DNA of 64,000 nt from a virus (IMGVR_UViG_3300049783_000824:1-64000), one strand, 5' to 3'; numbered from the stretch's first letter, positions 1 through 10,061 are shown. The notes: a model not told the origin generated them from the sequence alone. A program made the numbers and translations.

Positions 1-3000
1 TCACTAGTACAGGCACTTGATAGAACAGTATACGACACTCAGATTCGAGTTAACGTATTGACTGGGGTTGCTGGTATAAAATTCCCGATAGGTTCACCAA
101 AAGCACCTGTAAACAATTTAGTAGATGGACTATTAATAGCGGATAAATTAGACATAAGTCAATTTTATATAGAAACCAATATCACGCTGCCTGAAGATGA
201 TTTTTCAGACAAGCAATTCTTTGGAGTATCTGCAGCATATACATCAATAACTGTACCATCTGGGGCAACAGTACACAATACAACATTCACTGATGTTATC
301 TTGGGGGGTGATATTGGGGGTGAAATTGTTGCTGAACGGTGTAATATAATAAATGTGTTATCATTTAGCGGTTGGATGCTAAATGTCGCTATTGCTGGGG
401 GGGCAGTAGTTCAACTCGCAGGTAATGCTACTTCCTACATATTCGATTCATGGTCGGCAGCTACTGGAGAAAACTATCCGATTATAGATTTCGGTGGTTC
501 AGGTAATGGCCTAGCTATGAGAAATTATAGTGGTGGTATACAAATACGAAATAAAACAGGCCCCGAGGAGGTCAGTATATCTCTAGTTGGGGGTGAAATA
601 CATATTGCAAATACTGTTACCTCTGGGCGAATAACGTTGCGTGGGTCTGGGAGATGGGACGGGGCAGAAAATTATACTGGTGGGGCTACAATTATTAACG
701 AACTTGTAGACGGTGTGTTTATTCAGGATTTAAGTAGAACTGCATATAATAACCGTGTTACCATTGATGTTGGCTCCATACACAGCGGCACCGTGTATCC
801 TGTCGGAACTGGTAAAGCACCCGTAAACAATATTCAGGATGCCGTACTTATAGCGATTGATTTGGGATTTGATACCCTAGAGCTACTAAGCGATATAACA
901 TTAGATACGGGTGACATTGTAGTAAACTTTGACATAGTAGGACAGTCTTCTGCTAGAACAACAATAACCATAAATGATGGGGCAGATGTAACGGACTGTA
1001 CATATAGTGACGCTACTGTGACTGGTATACTTGATGGAAGATCAACGCTTGCACGCTGTGAGATTGGCGTGTTGTCAATATTGAACGGTATTGTACGTAG
1101 CTGTTCATTGTCAAGTGCTTTAATTACACTGGGTGGTGGTAATCCTACTGCCTTTATAGATTGTTTTAGCGGTGTCCCCGGATTAGGAACCCCGACAATA
1201 GATATGGGTGGGTCTGGGCAAGCACTATCAATTAGAAATTATAACGGTGGTATAGCTATAGCCAACAAAACGGGAGCCGACTTTATATCAGTGGATATGG
1301 CTAGTGGCCAAATCATATTGGAAGATACTGTTACCACTGGAACTATAGTAATGCGTGGTATTGCAGCGTGGGCAAATAGGGAATCGTATGCTGGTGGTGC
1401 TACCATAGTTAACCAGTTAATCGATGGTAACCTAATTCAGGCACTGGATGCCACTGCTTATGACCATCGCATTGACGTAAATACTATTACTGGCATTGCG
1501 GGTACGGACTTCCCAATTGGTACTTCTAAGCAACCAGTAAGTAATTTATCGGATGCCTTACTTATATCCAACAAATTAGCAATATCTGATATATTTCTGA
1601 GTAATTCCAATACTATACCTGCTATTATAGACTTTGCAAATATTCAGTTTACTGGACTTTCAGCAGCATCGACCGCGTTGTATATACCAGCAGGCTCATT
1701 GGTGGATACAACAACATATAAGGAAATGATATTAGGTGGATATTTTAGTGGGCAGGCAACTGTCGAGCGGTGCCAACTTCTGGATATCTTTGGATTTAAT
1801 GGCGCTATGGTCAATGTTGGACTATTTCCGGGTTACACTACTACATTAGGTGGTGGCCTCCCAACATACATACTAGATTCGTGGTCTGCTAGCACTGAAG
1901 GCTCGTTCCCAGTAATAGATATGGGCGGGGCAGGCCAAGTATTAACCATGCGAAACTTTGCAGGTGGTGTTGAGCTAATAAATAAAACTGGTCCAGAGCC
2001 GGTAGGTATATCATTGACAGGTGGTCAGGTAATAATAGATAATACTGTAGTAAACGGGACTATAACTCTACGTGGCACAGGTACATGGGGCAATGAAGCC
2101 GCCTATACTGGTGCGGCAAATGTCGTGAACGAACTAGTCGATGGTGTGTTCATTCAGGAACTTTCCCAGACTGTATATTTGGGTGAGGTTAGGGTGGATG
2201 TTGTTAATGGGACTGCAGGCACAGAATACCCAATTGGGACAGCCGAAGTAACCTCAAGCAACATATATGATGCGTTGACCATTTGTTCAGAACGTGGGTT
2301 CAATCGCATACATATTCTCGGAGACCTGACTATTCCTGCAGATGTAGATGTTAGTGACATTACGTTTGAATCGGATAACATCCGAAGCGCGGTGGTTACT
2401 GTGATCAATGGTGCAATAACCACAAACACTGTATTCAGACTCCTAACCGTTGAGGGTACTATGAGTGGGACTATTTCCGTCCGTGAAGCGTTGGTTAGGT
2501 ACATCGTTAATTTTGAGGGCGATATGTATGATACTGACCTGCAGGGTTCTATTTCCCTTGGTGCTACACTAGCATACCACCGATTTATTAATTGCTTCGG
2601 AGCAGCCTTAAATCCATCAGTAGCTGGTGTAACGATTGATATGGGTGGGGATAAACATGTAGTATTCCACGGATTTAAAGGTTTACTTGAGGTAAGCAAT
2701 ATGACATCTGCGACAGCAGTACTGCTTCTTGGGTTAGATGGTGGTGCAGTATCCTTTGCATCTGATGTGACTGCTGGTCTTGTATATGTTGTTGGGATTG
2801 GGGGTGTAAATGCTGACTTGTCTGGGCCTAGCGCCACTATCAACACAACTGCATTGATTGGCACCCAAACTATACAGACTGCGGTATGGGATGCTATACT
2901 GGATGACCATTTGGGTATTGGTACTACCGGTGAAGCACTTAATAAGAGTGATACTAAGCTTGATGAAATTCATAAGCTGCACGGTCTCGATCCTACCAAC

Positions 3001-3099
3001 CCATTGGTTGTTTCGTCTACAGAAAGAAGTGCTGGTGTTGATGTTGTACAGGATATTACAGACGATGGTAATGGCACAGTAACCGTAACGAGGCAGTAA
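1..3099 (+). CDS. Large repetitive virion protein (tandem ~238-aa beta-helix-like modules), 5'-truncated
   Basis: Frame 1 is open from base 1 (SLVQALDRTVY...). Four modules each begin Q.L..T.Y...V....G.AG..FPIG...PV.N..DA; Gly/Ile/Thr-rich beta pattern. Confidence 0.7.
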   Translation, partial: SLVQALDRTVYDTQIRVNVLTGVAGIKFPIGSPKAPVNNLVDGLLIADKLDISQFYIETNITLPEDDFSDKQFFGVSAAYTSITVPSGATVHNTTFTDVILGGDIGGEIVAERCNIINVLSFSGWMLNVAIAGGAVVQLAGNATSYIFDSWSAATGENYPIIDFGGSGNGLAMRNYSGGIQIRNKTGPEEVSISLVGGEIHIANTVTSGRITLRGSGRWDGAENYTGGATIINELVDGVFIQDLSRTAYNNRVTIDVGSIHSGTVYPVGTGKAPVNNIQDAVLIAIDLGFDTLELLSDITLDTGDIVVNFDIVGQSSARTTITINDGADVTDCTYSDATVTGILDGRSTLARCEIGVLSILNGIVRSCSLSSALITLGGGNPTAFIDCFSGVPGLGTPTIDMGGSGQALSIRNYNGGIAIANKTGADFISVDMASGQIILEDTVTTGTIVMRGIAAWANRESYAGGATIVNQLIDGNLIQALDATAYDHRIDVNTITGIAGTDFPIGTSKQPVSNLSDALLISNKLAISDIFLSNSNTIPAIIDFANIQFTGLSAASTALYIPAGSLVDTTTYKEMILGGYFSGQATVERCQLLDIFGFNGAMVNVGLFPGYTTTLGGGLPTYILDSWSASTEGSFPVIDMGGAGQVLTMRNFAGGVELINKTGPEPVGISLTGGQVIIDNTVVNGTITLRGTGTWGNEAAYTGAANVVNELVDGVFIQELSQTVYLGEVRVDVVNGTAGTEYPIGTAEVTSSNIYDALTICSERGFNRIHILGDLTIPADVDVSDITFESDNIRSAVVTVINGAITTNTVFRLLTVEGTMSGTISVREALVRYIVNFEGDMYDTDLQGSISLGATLAYHRFINCFGAALNPSVAGVTIDMGGDKHVVFHGFKGLLEVSNMTSATAVLLLGLDGGAVSFASDVTAGLVYVVGIGGVNADLSGPSATINTTALIGTQTIQTAVWDAILDDHLGIGTTGEALNKSDTKLDEIHKLHGLDPTNPLVVSSTERSAGVDVVQDITDDGNGTVTVTRQ

Positions 3100-3102
3100 C
3101 AC

Positions 3103-4191
3103 GTGGCTATCAATAAAGGTACACCCACAGATATTGCTTTACAGGGTTTAAACAACCCCGATGACGTTTTATCGTTAGCCTTACAGGGTTTTCTAGAGAC
3201 AGACTTAGCAATCTTCGGGGACATCACTATCGGTGGTGAAGCCACTATATCAATAACACGAAACCTACAATCTACTGGTATTATCAACCTAGAAGGTGAG
3301 GCTGGATTAGAAGCTACCCTTAACCATAATTCCACAGGTGCACTTAACCTCAATGGCAGCAGCACAACCCGCAGAATATTTGGTTACCAGTCAACAGGTA
3401 TCATTGCTCTAAGTGGCAATGGAACAATAGATACAACCATCACCCCTACAGAACCAGCAACAATAGTTCTTGGTGGTACAACACAGATCAGTGTTACTCG
3501 CAACCTAGCATCTTCTGGTAATGTAATTATATCCGGTGATGCTGCCAACGCAAGAACATTTGCATATGTAAGTAGTGGTCTTGTTATTATTGCCGGTGAT
3601 ACAGCCATAGAGTTCATACCAGAGGACTTCGCGATAGATTCATCTGGTGGTGTGGTAATTGGTGGAGAAGCCATAGTATCAGCTACAGTCACGACCAGCA
3701 ACCAAAGGCCGGGAGGTGCTGGTAGTATTGCTGCACACGCATATGCATTGTCTGTAAGGATGCATGATGAAGAAATATACCGAGACTACATAGAACGCCT
3801 TGAGTTAGCTAGAGAAAGACAGAAGAAGAAGTTTTCTAGAACCTACACTAATAAATCTACAGGAAGTGTCAAGGTAAGTGGTGAAGCTAAGGTAACATCA
3901 TCTACAAATAAGACTGATGATTATTTGGTTGATTATACCGAATGCAAAGAGATAGATGATATAATATTAACAGAAGATGCCATGCTAATTTCTGGTGATC
4001 TGGTTGGTGGTGTGTATGCCGATGGTGTTGTTAGACACACACCAATTGATACTGTTATGAAAGTAACCAAACGACGTGAAGTTATTAATAATATAATACG
4101 GTTAGAGGATATTGATTTAGTTGGTGGTGGTATTTTGTCTCAAGATGATAGAGATGAAAACGAACTATATGAGCTTGATTTGGTATCCTAG
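3103..4191 (+). CDS. Putative virion protein with ~20-aa S.G.I.L.G repeats and acidic C-terminus
   Basis: Repeats STGIINLEG, STGALNLNG, STGIIALSG, SSGNVIISG, SSGLVIIAG, SSGGVVIGG; directly follows the previous gene. Confidence 0.55.
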   Translation: MAINKGTPTDIALQGLNNPDDVLSLALQGFLETDLAIFGDITIGGEATISITRNLQSTGIINLEGEAGLEATLNHNSTGALNLNGSSTTRRIFGYQSTGIIALSGNGTIDTTITPTEPATIVLGGTTQISVTRNLASSGNVIISGDAANARTFAYVSSGLVIIAGDTAIEFIPEDFAIDSSGGVVIGGEAIVSATVTTSNQRPGGAGSIAAHAYALSVRMHDEEIYRDYIERLELARERQKKKFSRTYTNKSTGSVKVSGEAKVTSSTNKTDDYLVDYTECKEIDDIILTEDAMLISGDLVGGVYADGVVRHTPIDTVMKVTKRREVINNIIRLEDIDLVGGGILSQDDRDENELYELDLVS

Positions 4192-4229
4192 CATAAATAT
4201 ACTTACAATCTTAATGGAGTATAATAAAA

Positions 4230-4616
4230 ATGTCATGTTCAGCAAAGCAGATAGCAATAAAGGCGGGTCAAGCAGCACTAGCTGCGGTAAAATCAGAATA
4301 TGATAATGCTTTAGGTGCTCTTAAATCACTAGCTCCGGGTGGATTTCCAACTAGACAAGATTTTGAAGCAGCAAAAGCACTTGCACATGCAGATGCTAAA
4401 GTTAAATTAGCGGCATATAAGGCTCAGGTTGGGACACTCGCTGGCCTATGTGCAGCCATATTACCACTAGACCTTTTAAAAGTTGAGGCTATCACAAACG
4501 CGGAAGAGGTTACTAATACTACATTGGCCGCAGGGTTAACAAGTGGAGCAGCAGCTGCCGCAGCAATAGCAAAAAGCGTACTCGATAAGGCACTAAAGGA
4601 TAACCTACTATGCTAA
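4230..4616 (+). CDS. Ala-rich hypothetical protein
   Basis: GGAG SD; CATAAATA late-promoter-like box at 4192-4199. Confidence 0.6.
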   Translation: MSCSAKQIAIKAGQAALAAVKSEYDNALGALKSLAPGGFPTRQDFEAAKALAHADAKVKLAAYKAQVGTLAGLCAAILPLDLLKVEAITNAEEVTNTTLAAGLTSGAAAAAAIAKSVLDKALKDNLLC

Positions 4617-5446
4617 TAAAAAACATTCTTACAGAACAACCGTTAAAAGACTTTGAGCCTATTGGGGATTTTGATAAAAGTTCATCATTTCGTGACAAAC
4701 GAGATAGGACTATGATTAAGAATCCAAGGTTTAAAGAAATTATGACTAAAAAATTCAAAAATACAAACTACGATATTAACATGTATTTTGTCAACTCACC
4801 AGCAGCCAATAAACATACTGAAGTGGGTGGTGTTAGTTTGGAATGGGTTAGAGAAAACCTTGGAGATGAAGTTGCAGATAAAGTTGAGCCAAACTACCAA
4901 GAGGATTCACAGGTTAATATAATATTTACAAACAATAAAGGTTCTGAGAGACTTAACATGACACCGTGGATAATTGCCCATAGGATGGGGCATGCGTTCG
5001 GAGCTAATAATGGTAGAGGGATGGGAAGTCAGTACAGGAGCTATGATGAAATAGTCGAGGCTATAAGCAGAGAATTTAAGATGATATTTCATGATGTTTA
5101 TGGTATTAAAAGGTTTAGCAGTAATAAAAAAGGACCAACCGATAGGGAAAGTCAGTTACTAATGAAGCACCTAGCCCACAACATATGTACATTCAAATCA
5201 GCACGCGATAAGAATTTGAGAGATTACTTTGAATTATACAATGAACTATTTGCGCAACACATGATAAATGGCCGAATACGCTTCAATGAATTGCCATTGC
5301 GTTTTAAAGCTGGCAGTGATATAATATCAGTTCGTGATAAAGAAGCATATGAGGAATTGAAAGATCTGGACTCCCTAGCTAACACATTAGAATATTATTT
5401 CGATGAAATGTTAGGCGAGGCTGAACAGCACGTTCTGGTTATGTAA
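4610..5446 (+). CDS. Hypothetical protein with zincin-like HRxxH motif; candidate internal head protein
   Basis: WIIAHRMGHAF plus downstream NELFAQH; N-terminus MLIKNILTE. Confidence 0.5.
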   Translation: MLIKNILTEQPLKDFEPIGDFDKSSSFRDKRDRTMIKNPRFKEIMTKKFKNTNYDINMYFVNSPAANKHTEVGGVSLEWVRENLGDEVADKVEPNYQEDSQVNIIFTNNKGSERLNMTPWIIAHRMGHAFGANNGRGMGSQYRSYDEIVEAISREFKMIFHDVYGIKRFSSNKKGPTDRESQLLMKHLAHNICTFKSARDKNLRDYFELYNELFAQHMINGRIRFNELPLRFKAGSDIISVRDKEAYEELKDLDSLANTLEYYFDEMLGEAEQHVLVM

Positions 5447-5463
5447 TAACATAGGATAATATT

Positions 5464-5709
5464 ATGAAACACAAGATTCCAGATTATACCTTCGACCCTG
5501 ATGCGGAATATGGCATGGACGTTGAAGTTGAGATAACTACGGCATACATCAAAGAATATAGTATTAAAATAAAAAATTATAACTTACAAAAACTATTGGT
5601 TGAAATATCTGAACTTGAAATTGATTTTGATAGTAATTCTGTTTTGGGAATACGCGTGTTTAATGTGTTGCATATAGCCCTAGATAACCTACTTAACCGG
5701 AACAGGTAA
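5464..5709 (+). CDS. Hypothetical protein
   Basis: AGGA SD; tightly packed between neighbours. Confidence 0.5.
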   Translation: MKHKIPDYTFDPDAEYGMDVEVEITTAYIKEYSIKIKNYNLQKLLVEISELEIDFDSNSVLGIRVFNVLHIALDNLLNRNR

Positions 5710-6306
5710 ATGATACTCTCAAGAGAGCATAAGTTCGTATTCATATCAACACCCAAGACAGGCTCACATACATTCTTTAAGCTATTGCCCGAACAGTTCA
5801 ATGGCAAGCGTATGGATGGGCCATTTCACAGAACGGAGATGCCTATCAATACTGAGGGGTACACGGTGTTCTCTACGGTAAGAAACCCATATGAACGGCT
5901 GGTGGCACTATGGAACTCATTGTTACACACAAAGCCCGACCCCCATGCATATAGGGACACGTGGCTATCTGTAATACGTAAAGATGACTTTTTAACCTTC
6001 TGTAAGTTTGCAGCTAAAAACAAAGATAAAATTGAGACTATGGCAGATGTAAGGATGCCAACACTCATGATGCCGCAGCATAGATGGTATAGAAGGCTAC
6101 CAGATAATGTAATACCTTTACACCTTGAGAATATAGATGAAGAATTTCATGCGTTGCCATTTGTCACAGACCGTGTTATAATCCCACATGAGCTTAAACG
6201 AAGACATGCTACATGGGATGATCTTAAAACAGATGAGATCATAGAGTGTGCTAACCAATGGGCGGGTGAAGATTTTGAGAAGTTTGGATATAACAAAGAG
6301 GAATAA
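5710..6306 (+). CDS. Sulfotransferase family protein
   Basis: 5'-PSB-like FISTPKTGSHT and 3'-PB-like TVRNPYERLVALW motifs; C-terminal DFEKFGY typical of the family. Confidence 0.75.
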   Translation: MILSREHKFVFISTPKTGSHTFFKLLPEQFNGKRMDGPFHRTEMPINTEGYTVFSTVRNPYERLVALWNSLLHTKPDPHAYRDTWLSVIRKDDFLTFCKFAAKNKDKIETMADVRMPTLMMPQHRWYRRLPDNVIPLHLENIDEEFHALPFVTDRVIIPHELKRRHATWDDLKTDEIIECANQWAGEDFEKFGYNKEE

Positions 6307-6309
6307 TGT

Positions 6310-6600
6310 ATGAATAGTGTAGATTTTTGTTTTTGGTTACAAGGATATTTTGAACTACAAGAGGGTGATGAGCCGTTGACAGCAAAACAGGTGGAAGTAT
6401 TAAAGAACCATTTGTCATTAGTGTTTAAACATGAAATTGATCCAATGCGTTTAAATGAAACACAAGCCACCGAAGCTGAATTAAATGAAGCACACACACC
6501 CTACCATACCGTAATGGGGATGTTCCCACTGCTTGACGGTAATAAACTCACCAATGTTAATGATTTTCCTAGTGGCAATGACCCACTTATTAGGTGCTAA
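6310..6600 (+). CDS. Hypothetical phage protein
   Basis: GAGG SD; FCFWLQGYFEL ... KNHLSLVF pattern seen in small phage proteins. Confidence 0.6.
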   Translation: MNSVDFCFWLQGYFELQEGDEPLTAKQVEVLKNHLSLVFKHEIDPMRLNETQATEAELNEAHTPYHTVMGMFPLLDGNKLTNVNDFPSGNDPLIRC

Positions 6601-6887
6601 GCATGTGTAAAGAACCAGAGAATTTCCCAGAAGAAGATGTTGAAAAAATAGAATCAACTGTTGAAAATTGGGAAAATGGTAAACTGGGTAATGATGAAAG
6701 GTATGTAAAGAGGTCAGATGATATTGCTGTTAAATTATCTCAGCTTATGAGAGATATAGATGCATCTGATTTTTTAAAACGAAAAGTTACAGAAGAGCAA
6801 CAGCAAAGATTTAATGATCTTATCCTTGAACGCGCAAAACATTCAGATAATATCGAAATACGTGAAGGCAAGAAAACATTATATTAA
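6594..6887 (+). CDS. Hypothetical protein
   Basis: ORF fills the gap in a + strand run; ATG at 6603 is an alternative start. Confidence 0.5.
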   Translation: MLSMCKEPENFPEEDVEKIESTVENWENGKLGNDERYVKRSDDIAVKLSQLMRDIDASDFLKRKVTEEQQQRFNDLILERAKHSDNIEIREGKKTLY

Positions 6888-6903
6888 ATACTAAGGATAA
6901 TAT

Positions 6904-7551
6904 ATGAGCGAACTACCACATAACCAAATAATTCATAAAATACAACTTCCCGAAAATGTGGTAGCTGCATATACTGAACCACATAGAGTATACCATAACA
7001 TTGATCACCTTCAATACATGATTCATAATCTAAGGACATTGTATTCAGACCTACCTAAGGATGTTTTTGATGCAACCCTGTGGGCTATCATGTACCATGA
7101 TATTGTTTATAACATACCTTCTAAAAAACAAACAAATGAAGAACTAAGCAGTGATCTTTTTATTGCCGAACACGGGGATCACAGTTTAGTGGTAGAGATT
7201 GCACAGGCTATACGTTGTACCGAAGGACACCAGTTAGATTTTGAATATAGTATCAAAAATGAAATAGCTGAAAAAATGGGGCGTCCAACTCCAGCATGGA
7301 GCATTGTGAGTACTCTTATTGACCTTGACTTATGGGCACTAAGTGATGAAGAACTATACCTTGAAAATAATGATAAGATAAAGCTTGAAAATAATGCATC
7401 AGATGAGCAATGGGTTATAGGTCGTAGTAACTGGCTTGGATCATTCTTACAGCGTGATAATATTTACTACACTACCCTTGGAAAAACACGAGAAGCTGAG
7501 GCAAGGCGTATACTACAAGCTGACTTAGATAATCTAAACAGTCTAAAATAA
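6904..7551 (+). CDS. HD-superfamily metal-dependent phosphohydrolase
   Basis: YTEPHRVYHNIDHL, AIMYHDIVY, NEELS, LIDLDL motifs. Confidence 0.75.
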   Translation: MSELPHNQIIHKIQLPENVVAAYTEPHRVYHNIDHLQYMIHNLRTLYSDLPKDVFDATLWAIMYHDIVYNIPSKKQTNEELSSDLFIAEHGDHSLVVEIAQAIRCTEGHQLDFEYSIKNEIAEKMGRPTPAWSIVSTLIDLDLWALSDEELYLENNDKIKLENNASDEQWVIGRSNWLGSFLQRDNIYYTTLGKTREAEARRILQADLDNLNSLK

Positions 7552-7598
7552 TAAATATTATTGAATGAAATTATACAACTTAAAAAAAGGAGGAAATC

Positions 7599-7616
7599 AT
7601 GTTTAGTAATTTATGA
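7599..7616 (+). other. Mini-ORF MFSNL with perfect SD (candidate leader peptide)
   Basis: AAGGAGG (7587-7593), 5-nt spacer, ATG TTT AGT AAT TTA TGA. Confidence 0.4.
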
Positions 7617-7635
7617 TACTTAAGGAGTAACTAAC

Positions 7636-8262
7636 ATGAAAGCAAAAACTATACCTACAGAACCATTCCTTTTTACTTATAAGGTTTGGGATGCATTTTA
7701 CTGCATTTATGTATTTAAATCTTCTGATTTGGAGGAGGTTTACGAATATCACAACAATCTTCCATATGAGATGATATCCCAATACGTTTATTTAAAAGAC
7801 CGCTACTGTATAAATGGTGGACCGTACACTATCCGGGTAGAAAACACCCGCTACATAATACATGGTCACTTCGGTGATAAAGTTCAGATGCCACGTATCA
7901 AGCGAAGAATAAAAAACTACAGTGATTATTCCACTACCCCCGATATTTGTTACGTAAAAGGTAACCCAAATAAAATAAAGCGTGGCTACCATAAAGATAA
8001 ATGGGGTGGCATGCACTGCATGGACATGACATATAAGCATGATTTTATAACTGGTGGGCATTTTAGAGCCTTCAGCAACACGAATGAGAGACGAGCTAAC
8101 TGTGGGGACGCGTGTGACTATGGCGTGAATGTGGTACGTGGTGCTAGGAGAATGGGGACATTAATTGATCCATGGGACGGCATACCCAATTCTACAGCAA
8201 AAAACATATACAGTTGGAAAGCCCACGGCAAAAGACGAAAGCAATGGAAACCAAAGTATTGA
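7636..8262 (+). CDS. Basic hypothetical protein with PWD...SWK..KRRKQWK C-terminus
   Basis: TAAGGAG SD; Arg/Lys/Trp-rich C-terminal motif. Confidence 0.6.
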   Translation: MKAKTIPTEPFLFTYKVWDAFYCIYVFKSSDLEEVYEYHNNLPYEMISQYVYLKDRYCINGGPYTIRVENTRYIIHGHFGDKVQMPRIKRRIKNYSDYSTTPDICYVKGNPNKIKRGYHKDKWGGMHCMDMTYKHDFITGGHFRAFSNTNERRANCGDACDYGVNVVRGARRMGTLIDPWDGIPNSTAKNIYSWKAHGKRRKQWKPKY

Positions 8263-8304
8263 CAGCCCTGATATAAATACTATTATACTACGCGGTAATG
8301 TATT

Positions 8305-8607
8305 ATGACATTAATGGGTAATTTAAGGACTTCTGTAATGTGCATGGTGTTATCAACTCATGTATATGCTAGTGATTTACTAATCACCTTTAGATCACAA
8401 GAATCGATGAAGCCTAATATTATATTAGAATACAGTGATATGGAAGTTATATATGATGGGCCAAATACTTTGCGCGTAGAGATTGGTGGTATTAAAATTC
8501 AACGTAAGATTAGGTTAGTGAAATCTAAAACTTTCGATTTAGATTTCACTGACAAGCACGCATACCGTGATAGATATTTTAGAAAGACCAGATACAGCCC
8601 ACGTTAG
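8305..8607 (+). CDS. Hypothetical protein, possible signal peptide
   Basis: TATAAATA at 8272-8279; hydrophobic N-terminus ending VYA-S. Confidence 0.45.
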   Translation: MTLMGNLRTSVMCMVLSTHVYASDLLITFRSQESMKPNIILEYSDMEVIYDGPNTLRVEIGGIKIQRKIRLVKSKTFDLDFTDKHAYRDRYFRKTRYSPR

Positions 8608-8612
8608 ATATT

Positions 8613-8834
8613 TTACTGATGACTATTATCAATCACTAATAGTAATTTAGATATTCTAGTCCTTAGCCTAATAAGTTCAGAGCTAGCTGCTTGCTTCTCC
8701 GATAACTTTCTAATGATGGCATCTATCTTGTTTATATCCGACTGCAAGTTTTGCCCCAAGGGTTCTTTACGAACCCCAGACATTGTTAAATTCTTCCTGA
8801 TGTACTTATCTTTTAATTCTATAACTTCAGACAT
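8613..8834 (-). CDS. Small coiled-coil hypothetical protein
   Basis: AGGA SD; TTGACA (8888-8883) and TACAAT (8864-8859) on the minus strand. Confidence 0.5.
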   Translation of the reverse strand: MSEVIELKDKYIRKNLTMSGVRKEPLGQNLQSDINKIDAIIRKLSEKQAASSELIRLRTRISKLLLVIDNSHQ

Positions 8835-9007
8835 AATTCATTTCCTATATATCATCTAATTGTACTACAAATAGTATTTTGTTGTCAATATTTTAATTAG
8901 GTGGATAATTTTTTAAAAATTATTGTAATTTTTGACCAATTCTTTTTCTTTATATTTCAATAACTTACAGAAAAACTTTCTAATAAATTAATAATTGAGT
9001 GGAGAGC

Positions 9008-9015
9008 TATAAATA
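9008..9015 (+). promoter_or_regulatory. T4-type late promoter for scaffold and capsid genes
   Basis: Exact TATAAATA upstream of the gp22/gp23-like genes. Confidence 0.7.
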
Positions 9016-9077
9016 ATTGTGTACGTTTATACCAGAAGCGTATGGTTATAAACTATTTTAAAACTGAGGAGTTTGCT

Positions 9078-10061
9078 ATGGAAGAGTTGCTTCAACAATT
9101 AGTAGAGAATGAACTACTAACAGAAGATACCAAAAAAGAGCTTACTGAAGCTATCACTAAGCAAAACAATGAGCTTTTAGAAGCTCGTATTGTTGAGCAC
9201 AAAGCGGAAGTAGAAGCTCAAGTTCGTGTAGAACTACAGGAACAATATCAGGCTGATAAAGAAGCCTTAATCGAAGCTATTGACACTAAGGTGGAAGAGC
9301 ATTTGAAAGAAGAACTTGATGAATTGCGTGACGACATTGAACGTTTCCGTGATTTGGAAGTTGAGTACGCTGAAAAGCTATCTGAAGCTAAAGAGGAATT
9401 AAGTGAAGTCCTTAAAGGTGACATTGAAGAACTTGTTGAAACTATTGACACTTTCTTGGACATGCGTCTTGCTGAAGAAGTTAAAGAATTGAAAGAAGAT
9501 ATTGACAATGTTAAGCGCCTACAATTCGGTGCTGAAATTTTCGAAGCATTCGAAGGTATGTTTGCTAAGAAGTTTGTTGATGAAAATGGTCTTGAAAAAG
9601 ATCTAACTGAAAAAGAAAATCGTTTGAGCGAGTTGTCTGCAAAATTGGATGAAGCGTCTAACGAGTTGAAAGTTATTAAGCGTGAGAAGAAGCTTGCTGA
9701 GGTTCTAGAACCCCTACATGGCCGTTCACGTGAAGTTATGGAAGCAGTGCTAAAGAATATCGCAACTGAAAAGTTGACGGAAGCTTATGACCACTACATT
9801 CCAAAAGTTCTACACGAAAGCACTAGTGTTGTCGTGGAGTCGGAGAAGGAACCTGCTAAAAAGTCAGAAGTACTAGCCGAGGGTGATGCTGTAGACACCA
9901 AGCCTGTTAAAGGTAAAGTAATTACAGAAGGAACGGTTGTCGCTACTGGCGATACCGAACAATTGATTGAAGAATCAGTTGAACTTGAGAACGAATTACC
10001 AGAAGCCGTTAAGAAGCAACTTGCACGCTTAAAGCATCTTGGTGGTTTTAACTCACAATAG
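9078..10061 (+). CDS. gp22: Prohead core scaffold protein (gp22-like)
   Basis: Acidic coiled coil directly upstream of the MCP; many L/I-x-E sites; GAGGAG SD before ATG 9078. Confidence 0.8.
   Translation: MEELLQQLVENELLTEDTKKELTEAITKQNNELLEARIVEHKAEVEAQVRVELQEQYQADKEALIEAIDTKVEEHLKEELDELRDDIERFRDLEVEYAEKLSEAKEELSEVLKGDIEELVETIDTFLDMRLAEEVKELKEDIDNVKRLQFGAEIFEAFEGMFAKKFVDENGLEKDLTEKENRLSELSAKLDEASNELKVIKREKKLAEVLEPLHGRSREVMEAVLKNIATEKLTEAYDHYIPKVLHESTSVVVESEKEPAKKSEVLAEGDAVDTKPVKGKVITEGTVVATGDTEQLIEESVELENELPEAVKKQLARLKHLGGFNSQ

Noticed and set aside
2154-2864. 236-aa minus-strand ORF and many other antisense or nested ORFs (e.g. 32674-33216, 33882-34394, 57629-58102)
   Set aside because: Shadows of well-supported genes on the other strand or frame; no SD or motifs.
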